Source: an uncultured Planctomycetaceae bacterium (GTDB taxonomy: Bacteria > Planctomycetota > Planctomycetia > Isosphaerales > Isosphaeraceae). Taken from it: 64,000 nucleotides of DNA. The stretch is taken from contig CAWIAD010000002.1 in assembly GCA_963833985.1 (NCBI GenBank), forward strand, positions 2,016,001 through 2,080,000. Direction: 5' to 3'. Positions 1 through 10,955 of the stretch are shown here, in pieces (within the stretch, counting starts at the first letter, position 1; each line of letters opens with the position of its first letter). A program made the translations under genes and the position numbers. The notes beneath the pieces are model-generated. The model ran no database searches and had not been told where the DNA came from. It worked only from the letters and a program-made list of their open reading frames with translations.

Positions 1-1274
1 AGTCCGACATCGACCCGGAATTCCCGAGCGTGTCGCGCCCGACGTTCAACACGTATCCACCGCCCGCCTACCGGTTTGCCGAACCGGGCGACACCATCGA
101 CCACGTCGCCATCTACGTGGCCGCGGCAGCACTGGTGCTCTCGGCATGGGGCCTGGTCCGCGGCACGCGGAGACGGCTCTGGATGGGTGCCCTGGCACTC
201 TCCCTCGCCGGTTTCTGGCACGCCGCGACCCCGGGGCGCTCATGGACGGCTGGCACGGCCTGGGCTGGCGGACGATCTACCATCCGGAAGTCGACTGGCG
301 GCTGCGCATGGCCCTCGCGGGCGCCGCGCTGGCGCTGCTGCTCGTGGCGGCCTGGAGCCTGCGGGAACGGCCGCTCGTGGTCCTCTGGAATGAGGCACGG
401 GCGCAAGGAATCGCCTGGCTGCTGATTGCGTCCGCGCTGCTGCTGGCCGCTCGTCAGGTCGGCTGGATCGATCGTGAGCCGCTGGGCTTCTGGCCGCGCT
501 GGATCTACGTCTGGGGCTTGCTGGCCTGGGCCCTGGCGCTGCTGCTGGCGCTTCCTCGCCACCCGGCGAGGTTCCGGCAGGTGGCCATCATCGCGAGCCT
601 CGTGGCCGTCTGGCTGCTCCTGGATTTCACGGGACGGGGGCTACTCTGGTATCAGCGTCCCCTGCATCGCCTGCGCGAGGTGGTTCCCGGGCAGGTCTAC
701 CTGATGCGCCATGCCCACCTACGAGGGACTGGTGCTGGCCCAGCAGCGCCACCATTTCCGGACCATCATCAACCTCTTCCCCGAGCACACGCCCCAGCGC
801 AGTCCTCTGGTGGACGAGGAACTGCGGTTTATCCGCGAGCATGGCCTGAGCTACATCGGCAACTATGCCCGCAACGACGCCTCCGGCGAAGCGTTCATTG
901 CCCGGACGCTGGCGGTCGCCCGTGATCCAGCCGCCTGGCCGATCCTGGTCCATTGTCACGCCAGCATGGATCGTTCCCCCGCCTGGATGGGCCTCTACCG
1001 CTTCGTGGTGCAGGGATGGCCCCTGGCGGACGCCCTCCGCGAGCTCGAGCAGCATCGCGGCCTGCGTCCCAAGGCGTCGGTCACGCTGCTCTACAATCGG
1101 CTCCTGCCGCAGCTTGCACCGGCGTGCGCGGCGAACGACCCGACCGTGCCCATCCTCCGAGCATGCGCCGCGGGGACCGTTGACCCCGTGACCCGTTCCT
1201 CACCGTTGCCGCCCGGCCGAGATGAAAACCACGATGCCCAGGCAATCCAGGGTTCTACGAGCCTGAGGCGCTGA
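1..1274 (+). CDS. Polytopic membrane protein with C-terminal Cys-based (PTP/DSP-type) phosphatase domain; 5'-partial, two apparent frameshifts (~235, ~706)
   Basis: Hydrophobic segments continue from ORF 30..425 into 146..925 and then 711..1274, which has the C-X5-R P-loop ILVHCHASMDRS. Confidence 0.7.
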
Positions 1275-2088
1275 GGGGTGCGGTCCGGCGGATGCGGGCC
1301 AGCCAGGCTTTCGGTTCTGCCGGGCCGGTGCTCGATGCACCGGGGGAATCCGTGGTCTGGAACCGGCTTTCGCGGATCGTCTCGACGGTCCAGCCATCGT
1401 GGAACGCCGCGCGGATCTCGGCCTGCGTGACTCGCCGGGGGCCATTGCCGGGCGGTTCCTGGTCGCTGAAGCAGAGGAGATGGAAGACGCCTCCGGGGCG
1501 GACCACGTGCGCCAGTCCGGCGACGTAACGCGATCGATCGGCGTCGCCGAACGTATGGAAGAGTCCGCTGTCGACGGCGCTGTCGAAACTGCGGCCGAGC
1601 TCGTCGAGCTTCAGGGCATCGCCCACCAGGAACGTCGCATTCGACCCGCGCTCGCGGGCCTTTGCCTTCGCTCGCTCGATCGCCACGGGCACGAAATCGA
1701 GTCCCACCACCTCATGGCCTCGAGAGGCGAGGTAGAGGGCGATCTCGCCCGTCCCGCAGCCGACATCCAGCACCGAGCCCTGGATCTCCCCCGCGTTCTC
1801 CAGCGCGACGAAGGCCGGCTGAGGTCCGGCGATGTCCCAGGGCGGACGACCCGTATACGCGTGCTCGAAGCCTTCCCGGCTCATCGACCGCGCCGGCCGC
1901 CTGGTGGGACCCGGAGCCGCGGCAGCCGTTCCTGCCGCGTCCCCCCGCGCCGCGGAGCCCGCAGCGCCGTGGCGGCCTTCTGCCTGGTCCAGCAAGCGGG
2001 GTGCGGTCCACCAGAAGGCCAGCGCCACAACGATGATCATCAACATCGTCGACAGCAGCCCCCAGCGGCCGGCGCGCTTCGCGGTCAT
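1255..2088 (-). CDS. Class I SAM-dependent methyltransferase with N-terminal membrane anchor
   Basis: VLDVGCGTG motif I, FDSAVDSGLFH, VRPGG; preceded by PPWDIAGPQP. Confidence 0.85.
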   Translation of the reverse strand: MTAKRAGRWGLLSTMLMIIVVALAFWWTAPRLLDQAEGRHGAAGSAARGDAAGTAAAAPGPTRRPARSMSREGFEHAYTGRPPWDIAGPQPAFVALENAGEIQGSVLDVGCGTGEIALYLASRGHEVVGLDFVPVAIERAKAKARERGSNATFLVGDALKLDELGRSFDSAVDSGLFHTFGDADRSRYVAGLAHVVRPGGVFHLLCFSDQEPPGNGPRRVTQAEIRAAFHDGWTVETIRESRFQTTDSPGASSTGPAEPKAWLARIRRTAPLSASGS

Positions 2089-2334
2089 GTTCGTGAAGTT
2101 CCTCAGGTCCGGGAGCCCCTGCTGGTTCCATCCCGCACCGACGACGTTGTCGGGTGCGCTGGGATTCGTCCTTCCATCCTCGCCGCCGGAACGCTCGATG
2201 GGAAGGCCGTCGTGCCGCGGGCGCCAGGCAGCCTCTCTGACCCATGATTCTGGCGGGCTGAAGCATGTGCCCTTCAGACTCCCTCCTCTTCAGCTTCCCC
2301 TGGCATGTGGCGACCATAGGTGCGAATGTTCAGT

Positions 2335-2934
2335 CTACTTTAGTCTAACTATCGAAGCCGGTTTCTCCATTTCACGGGGAACCATTACAGGATGGGCAGG
2401 AGACGATTCTGACTTTCGACTCCTGGCCCCTTTCCGGCTCCAGAGCCGGCGGAAGGCAAGCAAACCCGTGATGCCGCCCGCCAGCAGCGCCATCGAGGTC
2501 GGTTCCGGGACAGGGGCCGTTGAAACCGTCAAATCGTCGCGCGCCTTCATGATATTCGTCTCGGCAGGGCGGCCGTTTGACCCGGTGTACGACCACTCGC
2601 CGCTGACGAACATGGGTTTTGCATCTGTGCTCTGGAACGTGAAAGTCACCTTCCCGCCAGCCGCGAGTCCAAGATTGAATTCGGCATCGACGACGTCGCT
2701 GCCAAACAGATCGATCGTCCCCGCCGTCGCGGTGAGGATCGGGTCGGTAAGGCTGATGACGCCGCCGGTGCTTGTTTTCCAGTACGTGACGATGTCATCG
2801 ACGTCGCCGACGCCCGCGTTGTTTGTCAGGGTGACAGTGGTGACGTACATGCCTCCTGCGTGGCCTGGCGTCGCGAACGCCAGGCCGCTCAGGAGTCCCA
2901 CACCCAGCGCGATAGAAAATGATTGTTTCTTCAT
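2335..2934 (-). CDS. PEP-CTERM sorting-domain secreted protein
   Basis: Signal peptide; VPEPTSMALLAGGITGLLAFRR followed by basic residues. Confidence 0.85.
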   Translation of the reverse strand: MKKQSFSIALGVGLLSGLAFATPGHAGGMYVTTVTLTNNAGVGDVDDIVTYWKTSTGGVISLTDPILTATAGTIDLFGSDVVDAEFNLGLAAGGKVTFTFQSTDAKPMFVSGEWSYTGSNGRPAETNIMKARDDLTVSTAPVPEPTSMALLAGGITGLLAFRRLWSRKGARSRKSESSPAHPVMVPREMEKPASIVRLK

Positions 2935-3508
2935 TGATCATCCCGGAATGTGGCTGTTCGAAATCCGTCATCCCTCGCGTCCATCAACGCGGCTGACAAC
3001 GACAAGTTTCACGCATTCGGACGGTGGACTTAAGATGGATCTACTTGTGCGTGAGTTGACCGCGTCGCCGCAACGTCCAGGCTCTGTGCCGGCTCGGTTG
3101 TAACTTCTGCCAACCATCCCACCGGGCAGAAGCAAGGTGCAGCGATATGTTCAAGGGATGCCGCTCAACCGAACTGAGCAAACCAGGTCACCCGCTCCTG
3201 GTAGCCCGCTATCTTGTGCGTCGTTTGCAGACGCCCTCCAAGGAGTAACTTATGCGCCTAGCCAATCCGCCACCGGATTGCAATACGAAAAAACCTCGAT
3301 GCAGTTGAGATCCAGAGGCGGAGGATGGGGGTTCCTGACTTCGCGCCTTAAGGCTGGCGCAAGCGGCTCGTAGATGCGGGCGAAACCATACCAGGTGACT
3401 GGCGTCCGCAGCCGGCGGACATGCACCGCACCTTCCTCGCTCTCTCTGGCTTGCATCAAACTCTGTCTCGGCAGCCTACAACAGCGCTACAGTCAGACGC
3501 TCTGAGGT

Positions 3509-6500
3509 TCAGAAATCATTCATTCCGTAAAAAATTGAAAATCGTCTCGATGACTGTCGCGACGATGCGATAAGCGACGTCCGGGGTGCGGGCCAGGTTG
3601 TAGAGGACGAGGCGAGCTGGGCCGCGGTGACCTCGGCGGCTACTGTTGCAAGATCGGCCTCGAACGTCGGCTTCAGAATCGGGACAACGATCGCCGGCGC
3701 GGCGGAGCTGTCAAGCTCGACCCTGATCTGGCCGGTGACTGCCACATCGGCGGAGAATTCGGAGGTGTTTCCATTCGGGTCGGTCGCTGTTGCGCTGACC
3801 CACCGGCCTACGGAAACGGGCGCGTTCAACGTGAGCGAGAAGCTCGCATTGCCCGAGTTGTCGGTGATCACAACGAAGGTTCCGATGAGCGTACTCCCCT
3901 GACCATAGCCGCTGGGGTCGGCCGCAGAGTTGGAGAAGAACTGTAGTGTGTAGGTTGTGGCCGGCACGCCTGTCAACGTGCCCGACACGATCGTGGCCCC
4001 CTTTCTCGTGACAACTGAGGACAGGACCGGGTAGTTCTGCCCGTTGTTCGGCGTGACGGCTGAATCATTGGGCGTCACGCCGTCATCTCCCAGATCGATC
4101 CCGAGTCCTGCGTTGGCGTAAATCGTGTTCGACAGGATCGCGTCATTGATGCTCGTGTCGCTGCTATTGCTGCCCACCGTGATTCCATTGCCGTGGTTAT
4201 GGGAGATGATATTTCCGGAGCCGGCGGCAAGCCCGCCGATGATGCAGATCTGCGAACCTCCGTTGAGGTTAACCCCGTCAGAGGTGTTCCCCAGGGAAAG
4301 CTTGCCCGACCTGTCGGTCCCAATCCAGTTTCCCTGGGCAAGGTCCCTCGATGAGTACTGGATTTCGAGCCCGTATTTGCCGTTGGCTGCGATGACGTTA
4401 CCGGCGCCGGCAGCCGTCCCGCCGATCGTGTCGTCGTAGCCGGCCTCGTAGACACCATCGGTGATGTTGCCGAGCGCCACTCTCCCGGTCTTGTCGGTAC
4501 CTACGAGATTCCCCTCGACCGTATTGTTGTTCGAAGAGTTGACGATTCCGATTCCCGAGTACCCGTTGCCCGAGCTAACGTTCCCCGCGCCGGGGGCCGT
4601 GCCTCCGATGAGATTAAGGGAGGAGCCGTCGCGTACGCTGATGCCGTCGTAGCCATTGCCCATCACGCTGGTCCCGGCTTTATCGGTGCCGACGTAATTT
4701 CCTTGGACCGTGTTTCCTGACCCGCCTTCGAGGATGATTCCGTACTGAGCGTTGGCCGAGATCACGTTGCGTGCGGCGGAAGAGGTGCCGCCAATCTGGT
4801 CGCTGAAGCTGTTGACGTAGATCCCGTCACCCAGGTTGCCGAGTGATTTCTCACCAGTTTGATCGGTGCCAATCAGGTTTCCCTGGACGTAGGTCTCGGT
4901 CGCGCCATAGTAGATCGACAGGCCGCTCGCAGCGTTGCCGGACAGCAGGTTCCCCGCGCCAGTGGTCATTCCACCGATATAGTTGTTCGACGAGTTACCC
5001 TGGACGTTCACGCCGTCGAAGCCGTTTGGCACCGCGTAAGTCCCGCTGACGTCCGTTCCGACGTAGTTACCGATAACGGAGTTGCCGACTCCCGAGTCGA
5101 GCTCGATGCCGAAGAAACTGTTGCCGGAGACGACGTTTCGGGACGCGGAAGACGTCCCGCCGATCACATTACCGGTTCCGTTCACGTAAACTCCCGCGCT
5201 GCCGTAGGAACCGTTGCCTAGGGGCTCTGATCCGCTTGGGCCGGTTCCGATGTAGTTCCCCAGGACGTTGTTGTAGGAGCCACCCTGCATACTCATGCCG
5301 TCGCCGCTATTACTGGAGATGATGTTCCGACCTGCGGGAACACTGCCACCGATGGTGTTCAGATTGCTCGTGATAAAGATGCCGGCGTTGCTGTTTCCGA
5401 TGCCATGCGAACCGGAGGTGTCGGTGCCGATGAAGTCCCCGGCGATCACGTCGCCGTTCGCTCCGACCAGGTCGATGCCGTCCCCGGGGAAGCGAACGAT
5501 CTCAAGCCCCTTCACCGTGCTCCCTCCTCCGGCCAGGACCAGGCCGGTGTCGCCAGAGTAGGAAGGGAGCTTCGAGCCGTCGAGAACAATCTGGATGACG
5601 GCGTTGTCTCCCGCAGCCAGCGTGTTCGGGTTGGCGCCGGTCTGCGTGTAGCCGTCGATGACTGTCGGGTGCGATAGCGCGGGGAGCGGAGTCAGCGGGC
5701 TGATGGTGAACGGCCCGGTCCCGGGGATGGCGAACCTGATCGTGTCGGGTGTCGCGCTGGTGGCGAGATTGGCGCTCGTGATTGCCCAGCGAAGCGAGCC
5801 GGTCCCGCTGTCATTCGCGTTCCTCACCACGAAAACTTTCGGCTGCACGATGATGGAAACGGTCGCGAGGTTTGAGGTTCCGTCCGCGCCGACGTCTTCA
5901 TAGGTATAAGTGTCGTTGCCGACGTAGCCCGCTCGGGGCGTGTACGAGAACGAGCCGTCCGGGTTCAGGGTGAGCACGCCGTGCGCCGGACGGGAGACGA
6001 GTTGCGAGGTGAACGCATTGCCGTACACGTCGAAGTCATTGGCCTGGACGCCGGGGGCCTGGTCGTTCAAGGTTGTCCCGGTGTCAACGCGATACGAGTC
6101 GTTGACAGCCACGATCGGGGTCGTGGACGCGATGACCGTGGCATCGGCTGAGAACTCGGAGGTATTTCCGTTCGGGTCGGTGGCCGTCGCTGACACGGTC
6201 GTGCCGGGCTGGGGCAGGAAGCCAGCGAGAAACGAGGCGTGGCCGGAGCCGTCGGTCGTGACGCTCGTCGTGCCCAGGAGTGCCTGACCTTGGCCGTAGC
6301 CGCTCGGGTCGGGTGAGGGGTTTGTGAAAAACTGAAGCGTGTACGTCGTGTTGGCGGCAGCGTCAAGAGTGCCCTTGATGTACTCGTTCTCCGCGTAGGT
6401 CGCCGCATCGGAGATGAAGGGATAGTTTTGCCCGTTATTCGGCGCGCTGCCGGAATTGTTTCGCGTCACGCCGTCGTTGCCAAGGTCGATACCGAGCTTT

Positions 6501-9500
6501 GCGTTGCCGTAGATCGCGTTCGACAGGATGGAGACACCGGAGACCGTGTCATTAGGGCTCCCGCCAACGGTAATGCCGTTGCCGCTGTTGTAGGCAATGA
6601 CGTTCCCCGCGCCGGCCGCCGTGCCGCCAATCTGGTCGTTTCCGCCGCCGAAGTACGTTGCGGTGAGGAACAGGCCGCTGCCATCGTTCCCCAGGGGATT
6701 CATTCCGGTCGCGTCGGTGCCGATCAGGTTCCCTTCGATGACCGCGCCGGTAGTCTGATCCACGTCGATGCCGTCATAGGTATTTCCCGAGATGACATTG
6801 CCGGCCCCGGTAACTGTCCCACCGATGACGACGTTGTTGTTCGTTTCGAGTTCGATCGCCGGCTGCTGGCTCGTACTCGCGTTCGGAATCGCGTAGGAAC
6901 CAGAAATGTCTGTACCGACGAGGTTTCCCTGGATGAGGTCGGTGCCCGCGCCGGCATAGTAGAGAGAGGTTTGATCGAAGATTGCTGGACCGAGGTTGCC
7001 CGAGATGACATTTCCCGCACCCGGGACCGTTCCGCCGATCTGCGTCCCGCCTGAGAAAGAAAGCACAATGCCTTCACCGTTACCAATGGAACGGAGGCCG
7101 CGGGCGTCGGTGCCGATCAGATTCCCCTCGATGACCTCGCCACTGGTGGCTGAAATGGGGCCCTGGTCGCCAACCTGGATGCCTGCACCGTCTCCCGAAA
7201 TGACATTACCGTCGCCGGGGGCGGTGCCGCCGATCAGCGTGTTGGGGCCGGCCTGGATCCAGATACCGACGCTGTAAAAAACATCCCCGTCGGCCACAGT
7301 GCCCGTGGCGTCGAGGCCGATGATGTTTCCCTCGATGACTGTCCCCGGTGAACCCGCCGTTGTGTTCTGCGCCGCTATCTGAATACCTTCGGCGGCATGT
7401 GAGAGGACGTTCCCGGCGCCTGCCGCGGAGCCGCCGATCGTGTTTCCCGGCGCATCGGTCAGCGACACGGCCGGCCCACTAAGTCCGCCGTTGTTACCCG
7501 ATCGGTCCGGTCCGACGTAGTCGCCTTCGAGCAGGTTACCCATAGCACCGTCCTGGAAGACCACGCCTCCACTGCCGCCAGCGATGACGTTCCGGTCGGC
7601 CGGGTCGGTGCCGCCGATCGTGTCGGACGACATGGCATCCACGACCAGGTTGTTATCGTTTCCCTGGTTGTAACTGAAGCCCAAGACTCCCGAAGGATCA
7701 AGGCCCAGGAAGTTCCCCGTGATCAGGTCTCCCGAGCCTCCGTGAGCGTAAATGCCGAACTGGAACCCGAGGATCGAGAGCCCCCGGACGTCGATGCCAC
7801 CCCCTTCCAGGTCGAGCCCGTCGCCTGCGTGATAAGTATCATAATAGAATGCCTCACCACTAATCTCGATCTGGATCACGGCGTTGTCGCCAATGGCCTG
7901 CGTGTTGGTCGCCGAACCCGGCTGGCTGTAGCCGTCGATCACCGTGGGTCGGGTGACGGCGGGAAGCGGCGTGACCGGCTGAATCACATAAGGGCCCGAC
8001 CCGGTGAGGTCGAAGTCGATCGTGTCGGGCCCTGGGCTATTCGAACCGTCGGCAGTCGAGATCGCCCACCGCAGCGATCCGACGCCCGAGTCGTTCGAGT
8101 TCGTCACGACCAGCGTTTTCGGGTTGACAGTGATGGTGACCGTTGCAGTGTTCGAGTGGCCACCCTGGAAACGATCGCGGTAGGTGAACGAGTCGGTTCC
8201 CGTAAATCCCGAGGCCGGCGTGTACGAAAACGAGCCATCCTGGTTCAGCGTGATCGAGCCGTGCGCTGGACTGGCCACGACCTTCGATGTATATGACACA
8301 CCCGGTTGCGAGAGATCATTCGCCTGCACGCCCGGCGCCGCGACGACCACGGTACTGTTGATGTCGGTGCTATAGGCGTCGTTGACCGCGTAGACGGGCG
8401 TTGATGAAACGACAATCGGGACATCGGCAGAGAACTCAGAGGTGTTCCCATTCGAATCGGTGGCCGTCGCGCTGAGCACCGTGCCGGCAGGCAGCTTCAC
8501 CGGAAACGTGTCGGTAAAGCTGCCATTGCCAAGATTGTCGGTCGTCACGCTGAGCGTCCCCAGGAGCGTCTGGCCCTGGCCGTAGCCGCTTGGGTCGGAT
8601 GAGGGGTCGGCGAAAACTTGCACCATGTAGGTCGTGTTCGGCAGGTCGGCGATCGACCCCTCAAGAGCCGTGCTGGACGAAAAGCCAATGGCCGCGTTGA
8701 TGACTGGGTAAGGCTGGAGACGATTAGGCCCGCTCGGGTTGCCGCCGGGAGTATTCGGCGTCACGCCGTCGTCGCCGAGATCGATGCCGAGCTTCGCGTT
8801 GCCGTAGATCGCGTTCGACAGGATCGCGTTCCCCTCGGAAGTGTCGCTGGTGCTGGCACCAACGATCACGCCATTGCCGCCGTTGTACGCAATGATATTG
8901 CCAGCGCCGGTGGCCGTCCCGCCTACCGTATTGTTTGAAGCGCTGTCCTGTAGGTTTATCCCGTCGCCTCCATTACCGAGGTTGAGTGTCGCGGTTGGGT
9001 CGGTACCGATCCAGTTGCCCGCGATCATATTGTCGGCGGCAGCAGAGTAGCCCTGGATCACGACGCCATCGCCGGTGTTCCCGGAGATGACATTGCCGGC
9101 GCCGGTGGTCGTGCCGCCGATTGTATTCCCAGATCCGCCCCCGATGGTAATACCTGTTCCGTTGCCCAGGGGGGTTGTGCCGTTAATGTCGGTCCCGATC
9201 AGGTTGCCCTGCACAACGTTGTTCGAGGAAAACTGCATCTCGATCCCGGTCCCGTTGCCGGAGATCAGGTTGCCCGCGGCCGCCACGCTTCCGCCGATCG
9301 TATCACCACCAGCACCGTCGATTTCGATTCCCGTGCCGTAGCCGTTCGAGAGGGAAATCGTGCCCGTGGGGTCTGTGCCGATCTTGTTCCCCTCGATCAC
9401 GGCCCCATTGCCGTTCAGCGCGACCGCGTAGTCGTATTGCCCGGCAATGACGTTTCCCGCGCCCGGTGTCGTGCCGCCGATCAGGCAGGAAGATCCTCCG

Positions 9501-10255
9501 TCGTCGATGCCATCAAATGCGTAGCTGTTGATGGTCGACTGTCCCGATGCTCCGATGCCAATGAAGTTCCCCTGAACCATCGCGGACGAGCCGTAGTCGA
9601 GCTGGACTTCGTCGAACTCGGTCGCGGCGATGATGTTACGCGATGCCGGGGCCGTCCCGCCGATTGTGACGTTGGAACCGCCGTAGTTCACCTCTACGCC
9701 GTAAAAAAGGTTGCCGTTCGCGGAAGTGCCCGTAGGGTCGGTTCCGATAAAATTGCCCTGAACCGTGACGCCTGACGCCCCAACGTAGATGCCATCATCC
9801 CAGTGACTGATCACGAGCCCCTGCACCGCGCTCCCCTGCGCCTCGATATCGAGCCCGTCGCCATAGCCGTAGTAGCCGTTGCCGGCCTGTGTTCCGTCGA
9901 TCACGACCTGGAGGACGGCGTTGTCGCTCGTTGTCTCTGTATTCGGGCTTGAACCCGGCTGGCTGTAGCCATCGATCAAGACGGGCGTTGTGATCGACGG
10001 CAATGCCGACGTGGGTTGGATGACGAACGGACCGGTGCCTGGGATGTCGAAGTTGATCGTGTCGGTCACGCCGCTGTCGCCGTTGACCTGGTCGATCGCC
10101 CAGCGCAAGGTCCCGGCGGAGCCATCATCGGCCGTACTGGTGACGGTGTACGTCGAGAGCAGGCAGCGCTCCTCGAGCCGGAAAAGAGAAAATGCAGTCC
10201 TTCGATGGCGGCGAGAGTCCCTTCGACCAGGGGTGCGTTCATTGCGGAAGAGCAT
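3509..10255 (-). CDS. Giant extracellular protein (2248 aa): three beta-helix modules separated by Ig/cadherin-like domains
   Basis: N-terminal RRH..LEERCLLS planctomycete extracellular motif; three copies of (S/T)LRWAI...GN-rich repeats...ATATDxNGNTSEFS; AVNDxY..LNxDGSFSYTP Ig-like linkers. Confidence 0.85.
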   Translation of the reverse strand: MLFRNERTPGRRDSRRHRRTAFSLFRLEERCLLSTYTVTSTADDGSAGTLRWAIDQVNGDSGVTDTINFDIPGTGPFVIQPTSALPSITTPVLIDGYSQPGSSPNTETTSDNAVLQVVIDGTQAGNGYYGYGDGLDIEAQGSAVQGLVISHWDDGIYVGASGVTVQGNFIGTDPTGTSANGNLFYGVEVNYGGSNVTIGGTAPASRNIIAATEFDEVQLDYGSSAMVQGNFIGIGASGQSTINSYAFDGIDDGGSSCLIGGTTPGAGNVIAGQYDYAVALNGNGAVIEGNKIGTDPTGTISLSNGYGTGIEIDGAGGDTIGGSVAAAGNLISGNGTGIEMQFSSNNVVQGNLIGTDINGTTPLGNGTGITIGGGSGNTIGGTTTGAGNVISGNTGDGVVIQGYSAAADNMIAGNWIGTDPTATLNLGNGGDGINLQDSASNNTVGGTATGAGNIIAYNGGNGVIVGASTSDTSEGNAILSNAIYGNAKLGIDLGDDGVTPNTPGGNPSGPNRLQPYPVINAAIGFSSSTALEGSIADLPNTTYMVQVFADPSSDPSGYGQGQTLLGTLSVTTDNLGNGSFTDTFPVKLPAGTVLSATATDSNGNTSEFSADVPIVVSSTPVYAVNDAYSTDINSTVVVAAPGVQANDLSQPGVSYTSKVVASPAHGSITLNQDGSFSYTPASGFTGTDSFTYRDRFQGGHSNTATVTITVNPKTLVVTNSNDSGVGSLRWAISTADGSNSPGPDTIDFDLTGSGPYVIQPVTPLPAVTRPTVIDGYSQPGSATNTQAIGDNAVIQIEISGEAFYYDTYHAGDGLDLEGGGIDVRGLSILGFQFGIYAHGGSGDLITGNFLGLDPSGVLGFSYNQGNDNNLVVDAMSSDTIGGTDPADRNVIAGGSGGVVFQDGAMGNLLEGDYVGPDRSGNNGGLSGPAVSLTDAPGNTIGGSAAGAGNVLSHAAEGIQIAAQNTTAGSPGTVIEGNIIGLDATGTVADGDVFYSVGIWIQAGPNTLIGGTAPGDGNVISGDGAGIQVGDQGPISATSGEVIEGNLIGTDARGLRSIGNGEGIVLSFSGGTQIGGTVPGAGNVISGNLGPAIFDQTSLYYAGAGTDLIQGNLVGTDISGSYAIPNASTSQQPAIELETNNNVVIGGTVTGAGNVISGNTYDGIDVDQTTGAVIEGNLIGTDATGMNPLGNDGSGLFLTATYFGGGNDQIGGTAAGAGNVIAYNSGNGITVGGSPNDTVSGVSILSNAIYGNAKLGIDLGNDGVTRNNSGSAPNNGQNYPFISDAATYAENEYIKGTLDAAANTTYTLQFFTNPSPDPSGYGQGQALLGTTSVTTDGSGHASFLAGFLPQPGTTVSATATDPNGNTSEFSADATVIASTTPIVAVNDSYRVDTGTTLNDQAPGVQANDFDVYGNAFTSQLVSRPAHGVLTLNPDGSFSYTPRAGYVGNDTYTYEDVGADGTSNLATVSIIVQPKVFVVRNANDSGTGSLRWAITSANLATSATPDTIRFAIPGTGPFTISPLTPLPALSHPTVIDGYTQTGANPNTLAAGDNAVIQIVLDGSKLPSYSGDTGLVLAGGGSTVKGLEIVRFPGDGIDLVGANGDVIAGDFIGTDTSGSHGIGNSNAGIFITSNLNTIGGSVPAGRNIISSNSGDGMSMQGGSYNNVLGNYIGTGPSGSEPLGNGSYGSAGVYVNGTGNVIGGTSSASRNVVSGNSFFGIELDSGVGNSVIGNYVGTDVSGTYAVPNGFDGVNVQGNSSNNYIGGMTTGAGNLLSGNAASGLSIYYGATETYVQGNLIGTDQTGEKSLGNLGDGIYVNSFSDQIGGTSSAARNVISANAQYGIILEGGSGNTVQGNYVGTDKAGTSVMGNGYDGISVRDGSSLNLIGGTAPGAGNVSSGNGYSGIGIVNSSNNNTVEGNLVGTDKTGRVALGNITDGVYEAGYDDTIGGTAAGAGNVIAANGKYGLEIQYSSRDLAQGNWIGTDRSGKLSLGNTSDGVNLNGGSQICIIGGLAAGSGNIISHNHGNGITVGSNSSDTSINDAILSNTIYANAGLGIDLGDDGVTPNDSAVTPNNGQNYPVLSSVVTRKGATIVSGTLTGVPATTYTLQFFSNSAADPSGYGQGSTLIGTFVVITDNSGNASFSLTLNAPVSVGRWVSATATDPNGNTSEFSADVAVTGQIRVELDSSAAPAIVVPILKPTFEADLATVAAEVTAAQLASSSTTWPAPRTSLIASSRQSSRRFSIFYGMNDF

Positions 10256-10955
10256 TGTTGTGTTCCTCAGTGAGGCTCTTGGAAAAAACCCGAAGCGCGC
10301 AGCACGGCTTACAAACCACCCCGGACCGTCGGAGTGCTTTTCGCTCTGACTAAGGCACGATGTGTTGACTTGAAACCCTATGCACGACCATGAAAATGAC
10401 GATCCACAGCGACCTGGCCTCCCCGAACGAAAGATTCTTGAAGCATTTCAATCTGCGGGAGCTCGCGAGGCACAATCAATGGGACCTGCCCACCAACTCT
10501 CTAATACGTGCAGTCTCCGGTAACCTTACACGCAGCAGTTAAGAAAACTGGAGAAAACGTCGCAACGCTGATTCTGCGACGGAGGTTGCGGCATACGAGG
10601 CCGCCGAAGTGTTGTCGGACCGATGCCAGGCAGCACGGAATCAATTCCAGTACGTAACGGGAACGATCAAACCTCTGATGCGGACATCTGAAAGGTGCCA
10701 GCCCCGTTGATTCGTATTCCTGCTTGAAAGTTGAGAAAGCGCAAGTGAGAGTTGAAAAAGTAAGATGTCAAGAGTTGATTCGCGTCGTAATCATTGGTGG
10801 CAGTTTATTGTCGAGTTTCGAACGCGGCTTGGTCATCCCCTTGGATTGATGCAAGATGCACGCATGCCAGCACGCAATTCTTTCCGTGCAAGAGCGTCGC
10901 TGGACTTTCCGCTCGAATCCCTGGCCTGGATTCCCACGGAGGGGGAATCACCTAG

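Noticed and set aside
10256..10950. Riboswitch or ncRNA in the long intergenic region
   Set aside because: No consensus I can recognise by eye; an Infernal/Rfam scan would be needed.
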